Of a stretch of 64,000 nt of DNA, positions 49,498 through 60,800 are shown one piece after another (position 1 is the stretch's first letter; each line of letters opens with the position of its first letter). The stretch spans positions 868,001-932,000 of the forward strand of contig OZ024749.1 in NCBI GenBank assembly GCA_964016885.1, read 5' to 3'. The DNA is from Eledone cirrhosa. Taxonomy: Eukaryota. The position numbers were made by a program, and so were the translations under genes. The notes beneath the pieces are model-generated. The model worked only from the letters and a program-made list of their open reading frames with translations, did no database searches and was not told where the DNA came from.

Positions 49498-52400
49498 CAG
49501 TGGCGAAGGGTAACCTGGAAAGCAGGGCATGCAGTCCAATCGCCATGGCAGAAAGTGTGGCTGTGCAGCCTTACCCTCCCCAATTCGCAAAATTATTCAG
49601 TCCTCTCCACCATTTGTAAATGTTTAATGAGAAAATGCCCGTCTACCAACAGACTAATCTTCAGTCTTGATGCCCCTCTCCACTAAACATGATGTCTCCC
49701 CAATAATAACAACTTACCAGCAAGCCTGTCATGATATTGATTACGTCAGAAATACGAGTAAATAATAAAAATTTGAAATAATATTTAAAATAGTATACAT
49801 ACTTATTGGGATCTTTTATTAAAATTCATCTGTAAATCAGTTCAATTCTTCGATTCTTTTTGGCAAATTCATCGATCACTTTATTATAAAATGTATCAGG
49901 ACCTCGCTCTACCTTCATCTTCTTCAAAAGGTCTTTGTTCATGGAAATTATGACCAAATTGCTCAATCTCTCTTCACTTTGAGAACACCTCATATAATTA
50001 TTAACTCTCTTTAATGAAGAAAACGATCTCTCACATGAAGCAGATGTAGCAGGTATGGTCAGAATTAGGTGCAATAATTTTGTTACTTCTGCCAGAGCTT
50101 CATTTAGTTCAAGTTCCAGTATAATGTCTGCGATTTTCTGGATGCTTGATGCTTGCTTTGCAAAATCTGCAGCATAAACTGATTTCAGCTCGCATTTCAA
50201 GCCATCCAAATCAAATATGTTTGAATAGATATCCAAAGATAAAAATGCTTCCGTAGGAAATTTTCTTTCATAAGCGTGAAAAAGCTTCGGATTCAACAAT
50301 TCAACAAATTTGAAATCTCCCATTGTCTTAAATCTTTGCTCGACGTGAACAATAACTTCATCCAAAATGTTGTTAAACAAAGTTCTTAAAGCACCTTGTG
50401 GTTCTTGATATCGACCACGCTTCTCTGGTGGTTCAGCAACATCATCCAGAACCCGGCAGTAAAATTCCTCAAACTTGTTGTTCTTGATATTAACTAATTG
50501 TTTTTGGAAGTTTTCCACCTCATGAATGCACCTTGAAATATCAAGTGAACTTTTTTGAAGAATCGAAAACAGAATTTCTGACCCACACAATATGGTTTCA
50601 AAAACTACTAACAGAAATCTAAATTGAAAATCTTCGAGGATTGCAACAAACCCTCTTGCCTCTGCTAATTCTGAAGCATTCCAATCCTCTGGATTTTCTA
50701 ATATTGTTGAAAATAGCTCAGAAAACATAGTAATTTTATTGGATAAAATAGATACCTGTCGAGATGAATAATTCCAACGTGTCTCAGGTAATTTTGGAAA
50801 TCGCCTGCCAACGATTTCATCCAATAGAGCTATTCGAGTTGTTGATTTAGAAAAAAAAGATGAAATTCCTTTTAAAGTTTGAAAGAAAATTCGACATTCA
50901 CGAATACTTGAAACTGATTGAGATAGTACCAAATTAAGTGAATGTGCATAACAATGAACGAAAATGACGTTTGCACCAAAAATCTCCTTTATTCTTGCTT
51001 GCACTCCATTCAAATGCCCAGCCATCACACTCGCTCCATCGTAAGTTTGTGCAATGAATTTTTTACCACAATTGAATTCATTAACGAATTTTCGAACTTC
51101 TTCTGTCAGCGATGCAGCTCTTCTATCTTTACTAACATCGACGTATCCCAAAAACCTTTCTTGAGGCTGTTCTTTCTCATCTACAAATCGCAAAACGCGT
51201 GATAATTGAGATTTCATTCGACAATCCGTCGTCTCATCAAACATAACAGCAACAAAGGATGTTTTTTCGATCATTGCTTTAATTTCACATTCAATTGTAG
51301 CAGCTATACAATTAATGATCTCGTTTTGAATATCACTTGAAAGTCCAGAAAATGTACAGTTAGAATTTTTCTTCACGAAATCTAAATGCGATCTTAAACA
51401 ATCATCGTATTCCGCCACTGCTTCACATATAGCCAAAAAATTACCCTTATTGTTTGATTCTTCTGTTTCATCGTGTTCTCGAATTGATAATTCTTGACAG
51501 GCCAACATTTCAACACAATGAATTAACCTTTTCAATACATCACGATTTTTCTCAACAGTTCTATTATGCAACTGAATCGAAGTTGCTTTCCAGTGATCGA
51601 TCTCTGTATCAATTCGATGTCGACGAAAGGTTTTCAGAGCAATTACGGAACTCAAGTGGTTCTGAGATCTTTTGTGTCTTGTCAAATCTGTAATCAAATT
51701 GTTCAAATTGCAGTAACCGGTGGTTGTCCATGTATTATTATGGTGACAAAACAACAGACATGGAAAGCAGAACAATTTGTTCAGAATGGGACATCCCGTC
51801 ATCCACTCATATTGTTCATAATATTTGGAATCAAAATAACGATAACATTCCTTGCCGCTCACTTTCGTCTTTGTCTTAATTTCAAGCTTAGGTTTCTCTC
51901 TTCCAAGAATGATAATATTCTTTCTCTCTTCAAAGCTTCTTGATGCAAAAGATTGAGAAAGTAGAGAAGAAACTGAACTAATTGACTCTTTTGCCATCAT
52001 GTGGATGAATGAAAATGTGGAAAATGTAGTTAAGAGGTCGTAGACATATTACGAGTGTATATATTAGATGTGGAGGTATAATATATTGTCTATTATGGAT
52101 AATGTATAGAAAAAATATATAATGTATATATATTTTTGACGTGTGTATATAATCTCCTTTGTAAGTTTAATTTATATTTCCTGGCCTGGTAAGAGCAACA
52201 ATTTTTAGACGGTTTATAACACAAAAAAATAGAAAAGTTAGTTAGAAATATTTTAAAATTAAAACATATAAATTAATGAAAAAAACTTAATCATGTTAAC
52301 AATTTTTGAATTACCTTGAAAATATTTATGTCTTTTATCAGAGATTTGATAGGAAATATATATATATTAGGTTGATATGTGGTCTAAAATATATATATTG

Positions 52401-53097
52401 TCCATAAATGACTGATAGCAGATATTCTGGTGAAATAGTAGTTTTACTACTACAGATTATAATAGAACTCTTAGTGGACACAATTGTAAAGTAAGAATAG
52501 ATATGACAGTGTAAGACTGATGTCGGGGAAAGAAAATTGTGTGTATATATATATATAATTGTTACACAAAATATAATTAGATTAATTAAAGACAGCAAAT
52601 ACACGGTGTCGTTGACAATGTTTCAACTCTCTCCGGTGTCATACGTTAAAAGTCCTTGATATGATTTAATACATTTAGACACTGTTCCAATCGTATTTTA
52701 TTCATAGTAAATCAAAAGGTACCAGCCAGTAATATATCAATTATATATCTATAAGAAAACCTCTACGTAGTCTCTCTACCTGCTAGAAATAGCAGCAAAA
52801 TTTTCTTTTACAGTTATATTTTTTGTTTAAACTCCCGTAAGTTTGGTTATGCAATCAACAACAGCAAGTCTTTTGTATAGACTTCGGAATAAACTCGAAG
52901 CCCGCCAGAATATCATTCTCCCTCTTGTTGTGTGTGTGTATATATATATGTATTTATTTATTTGTAAATATATATATGTGTGTTACACACACACACATAT
53001 ATATATATATATCTCCAAAATTAAGATAAATTAAATGAATTTAATCTAAATCGAAATTATGGGTGTCATGTCATAACGGCATGCGCCATATCGCCTG
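49498..53097 (-). mobile_element. hAT (Tip100/ZMYM1-like) DNA transposon
   Basis: CAGTGGCG terminus at 49498. A degenerate opposite end may lie at ...TATCGCCTG near 53097, but no TSD was found. Confidence 0.55.
49826..52000 (-). CDS. hAT-family transposase (ZMYM1-like; TTF zinc finger, DUF4371, hAT dimerisation domain), intact 724 aa
   Basis: LFCFPCLLF...H..S..H; FDETTD; QTYDGASVMAG; HCYAHSLNL; TRW; IPATSASCERSFSSLKRV. Confidence 0.92.
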   Translation of the reverse strand: MMAKESISSVSSLLSQSFASRSFEERKNIIILGREKPKLEIKTKTKVSGKECYRYFDSKYYEQYEWMTGCPILNKLFCFPCLLFCHHNNTWTTTGYCNLNNLITDLTRHKRSQNHLSSVIALKTFRRHRIDTEIDHWKATSIQLHNRTVEKNRDVLKRLIHCVEMLACQELSIREHDETEESNNKGNFLAICEAVAEYDDCLRSHLDFVKKNSNCTFSGLSSDIQNEIINCIAATIECEIKAMIEKTSFVAVMFDETTDCRMKSQLSRVLRFVDEKEQPQERFLGYVDVSKDRRAASLTEEVRKFVNEFNCGKKFIAQTYDGASVMAGHLNGVQARIKEIFGANVIFVHCYAHSLNLVLSQSVSSIRECRIFFQTLKGISSFFSKSTTRIALLDEIVGRRFPKLPETRWNYSSRQVSILSNKITMFSELFSTILENPEDWNASELAEARGFVAILEDFQFRFLLVVFETILCGSEILFSILQKSSLDISRCIHEVENFQKQLVNIKNNKFEEFYCRVLDDVAEPPEKRGRYQEPQGALRTLFNNILDEVIVHVEQRFKTMGDFKFVELLNPKLFHAYERKFPTEAFLSLDIYSNIFDLDGLKCELKSVYAADFAKQASSIQKIADIILELELNEALAEVTKLLHLILTIPATSASCERSFSSLKRVNNYMRCSQSEERLSNLVIISMNKDLLKKMKVERGPDTFYNKVIDEFAKKNRRIELIYR

Positions 53098-53132
53098 GGA
53101 ATAAGCTCAAAGATATATCCGAGCATTTTATA

Positions 53133-53254
53133 ATAACTAGAAATTGATTAACATATAAATATACATGAATAATCACAGGAGATAATTTTTACACGCGTGT
53201 AACCACGCATAGCTGTGATTATTCATGTATATTTATATGTTAATCAATTTCTAG

Positions 53255-53258
<4 letters not shown>
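53133..53258. repeat. Perfect palindrome (about 45-bp arms) next to (TA)n
   Basis: ATAACTAGAAATTGATTAACATATAAATATACATGAATAATCACAG and its exact reverse complement. Confidence 0.9.
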
Positions 53259-53323
<65 letters not shown>

Positions 53324-53463
53324 TAGAAAGGGTATTTAATTTGTTGGAAATCCGACAAATATAAATATAAATGTTTATAACTAATTTAGAGCACACAACA
53401 AGTTACTGGAGTAAATATTCAATGATATTAAATAAATGGAAACTATATTTATAAAACCATATT

Positions 53464-53526
53464 TATTTTATTATATATATTTCAAGGGTACCAAAACACT
53501 TTGGTACGCTTTCTTCAGATAAAATA
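53464..53526 (-). ncRNA. Type I hammerhead ribozyme
   Basis: TATTTTAT-CTGAAGA-AAGcGTACCAAAgtgtTTTGGTACcCTT-GAA-ATATATAT-A-ATAAAATA. Confidence 0.85.
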
Positions 53527-53990
53527 CAAAGTTTGTTTTATAAATAGAAAGGATTTTCTCACAGGAAGAGTGCTGCAAAAATAAATTCTCTGTGTTTTGT
53601 TTGTTGATAAAGCAAAGATGAAGCTGTGTTGATGTTGATGTCTCGCGGAGTGAGATAACTCTTTCAAAGTTGTTTCAAATCACAGTAAAAAGTTTCCCAG
53701 AAAAAATGAGTTGTTGCTGTTTCGCGGAGTGGGCCTATTCGATGTTGTTTCCGTTCACAGTAAAAATTTTCCCAGAAAAAATGAGTTGCGCAAAGTGCTA
53801 AAAATAACAGCCAAAGTTGATGGTCGATGTTGAGAATGCGTTGACCTGGCAGGGTCAAGAGGCCAGCGACCAAAGAAATAATCATTCTGAATAAATGCGC
53901 AGTTTTCAACGGCAAATTTACGTGGTAAATTTTTAAACCGGCAAATAGGAGAATATAGCTTAAGGCTGAAGAATCCTTGTCGAGAAACAT

Positions 53991-54175
53991 TATTGGCAGT
54001 ATCGGTAGAGGGTCGGACGCCATGCTTAGACGCATAGAGTTACGGCCCTTGCCATTCTGAGTTCAAATCCCGCCGAGGTTAACTTTGCCTTTCATCCTTA
54101 CGGGGTCGATAAAATAAAGTACCAGTAATGTACTGGTTAATTGCTGGCCTTGTGCCAAAAAGTAGAAAAAATTAT
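53991..54175 (+). mobile_element. Meta-like SINE
   Basis: Matches the family consensus. Confidence 0.85.
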
Positions 54176-54625
54176 CTATGGCGTGTGTTATCTCAGTGAG
54201 TCGAGATGTGTGCTCCCATGTGCCGAAACAAGGTTAAAGTCAAGTTGAAAAAAAAATATTTCTATTGGGCGAGAAAATGGCAGACATCTTGAAAAATTTG
54301 TGTGAACGTGATAATATGATGAAAAAGAAGTAAAGGCTTTGTATATGGCGCGAGTTCAAATATTTTTTTTCGAAAGTGATGAAAAAGTAGCGACATTTAA
54401 ACGATGTAAACACGTGAGGTGAAAAGAGACATTTTTTCTTATTTGTTTGCTGCTGAGAAAAAGATTACTTCTATTTTTCGTTGCAGAAAAAATCCATGTG
54501 GAATGTTGTAGAAAAAATCCATGTGGAATGTTGTTAGAGGAATTTCTTCTTTTTGAAATACTGCTAATTAATTTTTATTTATTTTTTTTTTTACTCACAC
54601 AACACCAGATCCTATTATTTTTTTC

Positions 54626-55042
54626 TCGGGGTCACCACTTATAACAGAGACACTGGGTTGTATGAATATAACAAGACACTAGGTTATGTGTATAAAGTTT
54701 ATTTAACAAGGTTGAGTTATGTAGAGCAGAATAGTTGACATGCCAAGAGATAGATGAAAGGAAAATTTAAAGTTAGTTGTATTACCGTTTTGAAGTCATC
54801 TTGCAAGAGACCAAGTGGTCTTTACATTACCATGTTCAGGTTGCCAGAGAGTATAGCCTTGGCGAACGCGCCTGACCGAAGGGCCAGGCAGGTTAAAAGA
54901 GAGGGAGAGAGCTAGTTCTCTCCTTTATAGGGTCCCAGGACGGAAGTGACAAAGAAGGTTCTGCAACCTCAACGGGAAGTAACTCCAGCTACTTCCTGTC
55001 TAGAGAGAGCTACTGGTGATAAGGGAGGCAACTCTTGCTACA
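54626..55042 (-). mobile_element. LTR (403 bp) followed by a tRNA-Trp primer-binding site
   Basis: Termini TGTAGC...GTTATA (55042 to 54640), TATAAA at 54929 and AATAAA at 54703. Two nt later comes TGGTGACCCCGA, complementary to the 3' end of eukaryotic tRNA-Trp. Confidence 0.7.
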
Positions 55043-55511
55043 GATATACCCAGGAAAATCATACCTTATCAGTCTGGAGAGTGGAAATGTATTAGGGATT
55101 TTTCAAACTTATGGGTGAATATGCAAATGAATATGTAAATAATTGAAAAACAACCGTTTATTTAAACAACTATGGAGAGAGAGAAGAGAGAAGGACAAAA
55201 TAGTGTGAGCGAGAGAAGAAGGAAAAAAGCGAAGATGAATAAAAAAACTCATATAACGTTAATTTGAGGGAAATATATTCGAACAATTATCTATATATAT
55301 ATGTAAGTATATATCTTAATAGTATGTGTATTTATATTAAAGGGATATTTTACGATTATTAGTTGTTTAAAATTTGTTTATAATATAATAATTTTCTTCT
55401 GTTATAAGTAGATAAATAAATAAATAGATGGGTATATCATGTTATAGATAGTTGTTCTAATGAGTTATGAGGGATATTGGTTTTGTATTTTATGTAAATA
55501 AATATGTATTT

Positions 55512-55670
55512 AAAATTGAGAATGATTTAAAATTAAATTAAATTAAATTAAATTAACTGAGTTAAGTAAGAATATTTATATTTCCATTTTCAATCATATA
55601 AATATAAATATTCTTACTTAACTCAGTTAATTTAATTTAATTTAATTTAATTTAAAATCATTCTCAATTT
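55512..55670. repeat. AT-rich palindrome at the junction of the two inverted arms
   Basis: AAAATTGAGAATGATTT...TAAGAATATTTATATTT and its reverse complement, with one extra AATTT unit. Confidence 0.9.
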
Positions 55671-55910
55671 TTCTTTTCCTTTTCCTTCTTTTTCTTTCTT
55701 TCCTACTAATACAAACACATATCTAAATTCTCCATAGCGTCTGAAATAACGTTTTTGTTTCAAATATTTACCTCAACCGCATTTACATATTTATTTGCAT
55801 ACTCATCTTAACAATTTTGAAAAATCTGTCTCTAAGTCCACTATCCAAGGAAAATTTCAACCGTTAAGGTATGTTCCTTGGCCATGTCAAAATTTATAAA
55901 ACAATCTTTG

Positions 55911-55972
55911 TATTGTATCTGATGAAAGCGTACCAAAGTTTTTGGTACCCTTGAAATATATATAATAGAATA
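55911..55972 (+). ncRNA. Type I hammerhead ribozyme
   Basis: TATTGTAT-CTGATGA-AAGcGTACCAAAgttTTTGGTACcCTT-GAA-ATATATAT-A-ATAGAATA. Confidence 0.8.
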
Positions 55973-56134
55973 AATATGGGTTTATAAATATAGTTTCCAT
56001 TTATTTAATATCATTGAATATTATACTCCAGAACATCTGTTATAAACAGAAATCAGTTATAAACATTTATATTTGTTGAATTACCAACAAATTGAATATC
56101 CCTTCTGCTTATATATATATACATATATATATAC

Positions 56135-56204
<70 letters not shown>

Positions 56205-56234
56205 AGAACAAAAGATGGTTAAAGGAGTTCCATG

Positions 56235-56305
56235 TATTTTATTATGCGCATTTCAAAAACAAACATCATCATGCAATAATATTTGTGTTTTCATCAGATA
56301 AAATA
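56235..56305 (-). ncRNA. Type I hammerhead ribozyme
   Basis: TATTTTAT-CTGATGA-AAACA...TGTTTTT-GAA-ATGCGCAT-A-ATAAAATA; stem III is palindromic. Confidence 0.85.
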
Positions 56306-57103
56306 GGAGGACATGATATGAAGGCTAAAAAACACTTGTGGATAGTGCAGTTTTAAATCAACATATGAGAAGTAGTTTTAGATTGATGTGTGATATTGGG
56401 AAAAATATTTTATTTAGAGAGGAGGGGTGGGGGTTGAAAGGATGAAAAAAAGGGGAGGAGATGAGAGTGAAGGTGGAGAGGGAGAGATAGTTTTTATAAC
56501 TGAGAAAGATATATTGTTTTACATAGAGAGGTTGAAAACCGTTGGAAGATAATGTATAAATTAAAAGAATTTGAAAATTAACGAAGGGAAAAATATGTAC
56601 GAAGAAGGAGAGGGAGTTAATATGTATTGAGATTAAAAAGTTTGATGATAGAGAGAATAGAATAATGAATTGCGGATGAATATTCTAACGTCAAAAAAAT
56701 GTGTGTATGTTTACAAGTATTATGGAAATTTGAAAATTAACGAAGAGAAAAAAAATTATTAAGGTTTGTGTATTGAAGGATTTGAGAAAAATAATGTGAA
56801 GTTAAGGTTTGTATATTGAAGGAATTGATAATATGTGCGAAGAAAGAGTTAATATGTATTAAGAATGAGTTAGATGATGGTGAGAAAAAATAATGAATTA
56901 AGGATGAATAATCTGGCGTCAAAACAAATGTATATGTTACGAAGGATTTTACAAGGTGAAAATAGAGTAAGGGTAATGAGTAAACAAGTATTATAGAGTG
57001 TATAATACCCTTTGAAATAAGGTAGGAAGATGGGTATATTTTAAAAGAGGTGTATGTATGTGTGCCTTTGAGAAAAGATTCTAAATTGTTAAAGAATTGA
57101 ATA

Positions 57104-58855
57104 TTAGCTGTATACTTTGTGAAATGTCTTATGGAATTTATGCAAGCAGATAGAAAACAAATCTGTTCGTCTATTTATTATAGAATCTAGATTAGAGATA
57201 ATGGTAAATTTTTCATTTAGGCAGAGATTGCAGATTTTAGATAGAGAGCTGTTCAAGTATGAAGACGCAGAAGAAACCTTCTTCCAAAAGATGGTATATT
57301 TAATGTTTTTGTCTTTCAAGGACCATATGAGTTCTGAGAGAGCCGTGTTGGTTCTTTTAAGTTTGTATTTAAAAGATGAATGATGATTATAGAGACGAGC
57401 TTTAAAAGAGGTGGAAGTGGAGCCAAAATAGGTGAAGGAATTGGTGTTAGTTATAACTTTACATTCATAAATTAAGTTTTTATCAAGACAATGGTTGTTG
57501 AGAGGAAATTTATTTTTAATAGGGCAATTGCAATTGCAATTGCAATTAGAGAGATTATTAATGAGTGACCTAGTGTTATCTATAGAAGGAATTGGATTGG
57601 AGAAGTTGTTTGCGATAGGAATAATAGTTTCTTGATTTAGAGTTGGATTATGAACATTTAGCGAAGTTGTGTTTGACGTTGTATTTGGGTTTACAGAAAT
57701 TAGCCTAGGGTTTACAATGACGTCAGGAGTACTATTACTGTTATTATGAAATTCAGTGTTGGAAGGAAGAGATTTAGTATTTAGTATTTTATTGTTGTGT
57801 TTAGAGATAATGTTGGAAATATTGGAGGATGTAGAATAAGAAAATTTTATGGTGTGTTTGTTAAATATTTTACTATAGATATGTGAGGGAGGGAAGCATT
57901 TATTTAAGGCACTAAAGAATAATTTAGGAATATTGTTATTAATAGAGATGGAGAAAGGAGCATTATACCAGATTATGTTTTTGTATCTAGGTCTTTTATT
58001 AAAGTTATTGGAATGATCATGATTAATTATTCTATTGTAAGTTCTTCTAGAATTTGTTTCTTTACTATATTTGATTTTATCAGGATAGCCGGCTTTAGAA
58101 AGTGCGTTATTATAGTAATTGGCGTTAGCATCAAAGATGTTTTTATTAGAAGATATGTTAGATATTCTTTTTCCAATATTACTAACTATAGCATTCTTGA
58201 TATTAGTAGGATGGTTAGATTTAAAGTTAACATAATTTAGGTTCTCATTGTTTTTATGGTAAGGGTAATATAGGCCAGTGTCAAGATTAAGAGATACATC
58301 CAGGAAATTAGCTAGTTTGATACTGTTATCAAATTCAATTTTTAGGTTATGTTGGTTAAAGAGATTACGTATATTGTTCTTAATAATATTAAGGTTAACT
58401 ATATTGCAATTTAAGATAGTAAAGAGTCCATCGTCACGATAAATTCCACCGCGAAGTTGAGGAATTTTCCGACTCAAAGAGTTCAAAATAAAGATACCAA
58501 TTAAATCAGTCAATTGGGATGAATCGGATGCTCCCATTGTGATGTCGAAGTTGTTAGAGGTATCGGCTCTGGTCCAATATTCGTTGTTGAACTCTAGGAT
58601 GGTTTTACGTGCGGTGAGGATGATGTGAAGTTCATCTGTGGTGATGTCAGAATATTTAAGTGCGAAAGATAGAGCATTATTGAGAAATGAAGGCGAAATA
58701 GAGGAATAGTAGCTGGCAATATCAAATTGAATAAATTTTAGTTTGTTTTTATTATCCAATTTGTTGAACCAGCCAATCACTTCAGAAGTACCAAACCATA
58801 AATTTAGGTTCAAAGAAGAGCAATTAGAACGAACCTGTGGGATAATTCTATCCAA
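57104..58855 (-). CDS. Penelope-like RT plus C-terminal GIY-YIG endonuclease (partial, 583 aa)
   Basis: FIQFDIASYYSSI, ITMGA, YRDDG, NFLDV, SNHP, IIWYNAPFS, CNC, LIYEC...YFGST..FKAR..H and CNLC..E motifs. Confidence 0.92.
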   Translation of the reverse strand: MDRIIPQVRSNCSSLNLNLWFGTSEVIGWFNKLDNKNKLKFIQFDIASYYSSISPSFLNNALSFALKYSDITTDELHIILTARKTILEFNNEYWTRADTSNNFDITMGASDSSQLTDLIGIFILNSLSRKIPQLRGGIYRDDGLFTILNCNIVNLNIIKNNIRNLFNQHNLKIEFDNSIKLANFLDVSLNLDTGLYYPYHKNNENLNYVNFKSNHPTNIKNAIVSNIGKRISNISSNKNIFDANANYYNNALSKAGYPDKIKYSKETNSRRTYNRIINHDHSNNFNKRPRYKNIIWYNAPFSISINNNIPKLFFSALNKCFPPSHIYSKIFNKHTIKFSYSTSSNISNIISKHNNKILNTKSLPSNTEFHNNSNSTPDVIVNPRLISVNPNTTSNTTSLNVHNPTLNQETIIPIANNFSNPIPSIDNTRSLINNLSNCNCNCNCPIKNKFPLNNHCLDKNLIYECKVITNTNSFTYFGSTSTSFKARLYNHHSSFKYKLKRTNTALSELIWSLKDKNIKYTIFWKKVSSASSYLNSSLSKICNLCLNEKFTIISNLDSIINRRTDLFSICLHKFHKTFHKVYS

Positions 58856-58930
58856 GATGGCTTTACTAACAACCCCAGATCAGATTTGTAGGAGGTGAGT
58901 TTTATTGTACTACAATAAAACTCACCTCCT

Positions 58931-59019
<89 letters not shown>

Positions 59020-59022
<3 letters not shown>

Positions 59023-60460
59023 GTTATATAGTAAGGTGCATTATTGGTTGTGTAAAATGGTCCAATAACTTTATGTTAGCAATATCAAGTTCTCTACGCT
59101 TTTGTATATCTCCAATTCCATTCAAGGGAACAGCTAGATGATGTAAAACGGGGTATAAGTATCAAAATGAAAATCCGAAGGCAAGGTAAAATTCCAATCA
59201 TTTAATCACGACACATGTTTCAATAAGAGATAGATCGATTGTGAAGCCATGATCGATTATCACTGATCTCATCAGGTGAAAATGAATTGTCTTCAAATTC
59301 TTGATATGAGGGAAAAAAATAATGATGTTCTCTCACAGAATTCGTTCCCTCATATGAAGACACACCAGTCAGAGACACGGCGACTGCTATTAACTTCAGT
59401 TGATGTCATAAAAGTTTTCAGATTTCTATCGCTGCAAAAGGCGCTGGACATCAATCAAATCTGTATGGATACAGTCAGTCACAGTTAATGTGAGTGGGTA
59501 CACACACATCCCACACCCACATACACCGGCTCGAGGTCAAAGAAAAATATATACATATATATATACACACATCAACACAGTATTAAACCTGTAGAGTTAG
59601 TGTGGGTGGGTACACACACACCGACGCGATGTCCGAGAAAAAACAAATATAAGAAAACAAATAAATAAATATAAGAATGTACCAACACAGCACTCACCTA
59701 AAGTTAGTTCATAAAACAACAGAAGCTATATTGGTCAAATATCAATTTGACGATGTAAATTGGAAATATTGGGTTAACCAACGTCCCATACACCCACACA
59801 CACAAGCAAGTAAGTTCAGTTCAGTGTTCTGCTATACGTGTATAGATTGAATTGTAACATCCATATCTTCAAGTGTATGTTATGGGATATACACATCCGA
59901 ATCGTCCAAAAAAGAGTATGTCCGGGTATATACACATCCATGTGAAGAGCAAGCAATCAGCTCATACCGAACTCAGTATGTACCGCTGTCCCATTGAGAA
60001 TCTGAGTCACCAAATCCGTGCGTGCAAGCAACCGCAATGTAGGCCAGCAAAAGGCTCCGTGTAGGGTTGGGTATTGGGTAAATGTGTCCGTAAGTGCGAT
60101 TTCCGGTCATATGGGCCAATGAGCTTTTAAGATAGTTGTTTGAGTTGTGGAGGTGTGTTATCCAACACAGAAGGTGAAGTAAAAAAAAAGCACAGGATAG
60201 TAAAATCCAAAGGATGTGTGTAGGCCCATTAATGGTGTGTCAGTATTATTGTCCAATCCGTAACAGTGAGTCCTCCATGGTTAGATGATCACGGATCAAA
60301 ACCTAGTGTAGTGTTCAGTCGGTAGGAACGTGACAGTCGTAATTGTGGAGCTCAATGTCTAAAGGAAACGGGTACTGTGTGTAGAGTTATGTATAGAGAG
60401 CGTAATCGGTCCTAACTAAGTGTGTAATACGACTAGCTATATCCCAACCGGATTTTCATT
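59020..60460 (-). mobile_element. Non-coding hammerhead-bearing element abutting (TA)n (Penelope-like pseudo-LTR or retrozyme-like)
   Basis: A hammerhead lies about 180 nt from the (TA)n end. No recognisable ORF in 1.4 kb. Confidence 0.55.
59196..59289 (-). ncRNA. Type I hammerhead ribozyme with long stem II
   Basis: CATTTTCAC-CTGATGA-GATcAGtGATAATCGAT..ATCGATcTATCtCTTATT-GAA-ACatgtGT-C-GTGAttAAATG; cleavage triplet GUC. Confidence 0.8.
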
Positions 60461-60579
60461 ATATATGTATGTATGTGTGTGTGTGTGTGTGTGTGTGTAC
60501 AAGCACATAATGTAGCGAAAGGGCTTTTTGGTGTGTATATATGTATGTGTTGACAATGGTATAGATATGTGTATATATA

Positions 60580-60656
<77 letters not shown>

Positions 60657-60749
60657 ATATATATAGATATGTGTGTGTGTGTATATATATATATATGTGT
60701 ATGTATGTATATATAAATATATGTGTGTTTGTGTATATGTGTGTGTATG

Positions 60750-60780
<31 letters not shown>

Positions 60781-60800
60781 TTGCGGGCACGTCTGTATCT
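60460..60800. repeat. (TA)n/(TG)n microsatellite tract
   Basis: Directly visible. Similar (TA)n tracts lie at 53256, 56140, 58940, 61270, 61540, 62902 and 63075. Confidence 0.95.

Larger units (their letters stand above)
53321..56110. mobile_element. Two diverged Penelope-like pseudo-LTR ends in inverted orientation between (TA)n tracts
   Basis: 53321-53545 is the inverse of 55889-56110. Homology resumes at 55043-55180 versus 55725-55888. Each arm has a hammerhead pointing outward. Confidence 0.8.
56200..58933 (-). mobile_element. 5'-truncated Penelope-like element (Naiad type) in (TA)n
   Basis: RT-GIY-YIG ORF, 3' region with direct repeats and a hammerhead, and (TA)n on both sides. Confidence 0.9.

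Noticed and set aside
58856-58887. In-frame TGA upstream of the Naiad ORF as a selenocysteine codon (some Naiads are reported to be selenoproteins)
   Set aside because: The expected KSDLG motif reads in another frame, so a 1-bp deletion explains the TGA. I could not identify a SECIS element by eye.
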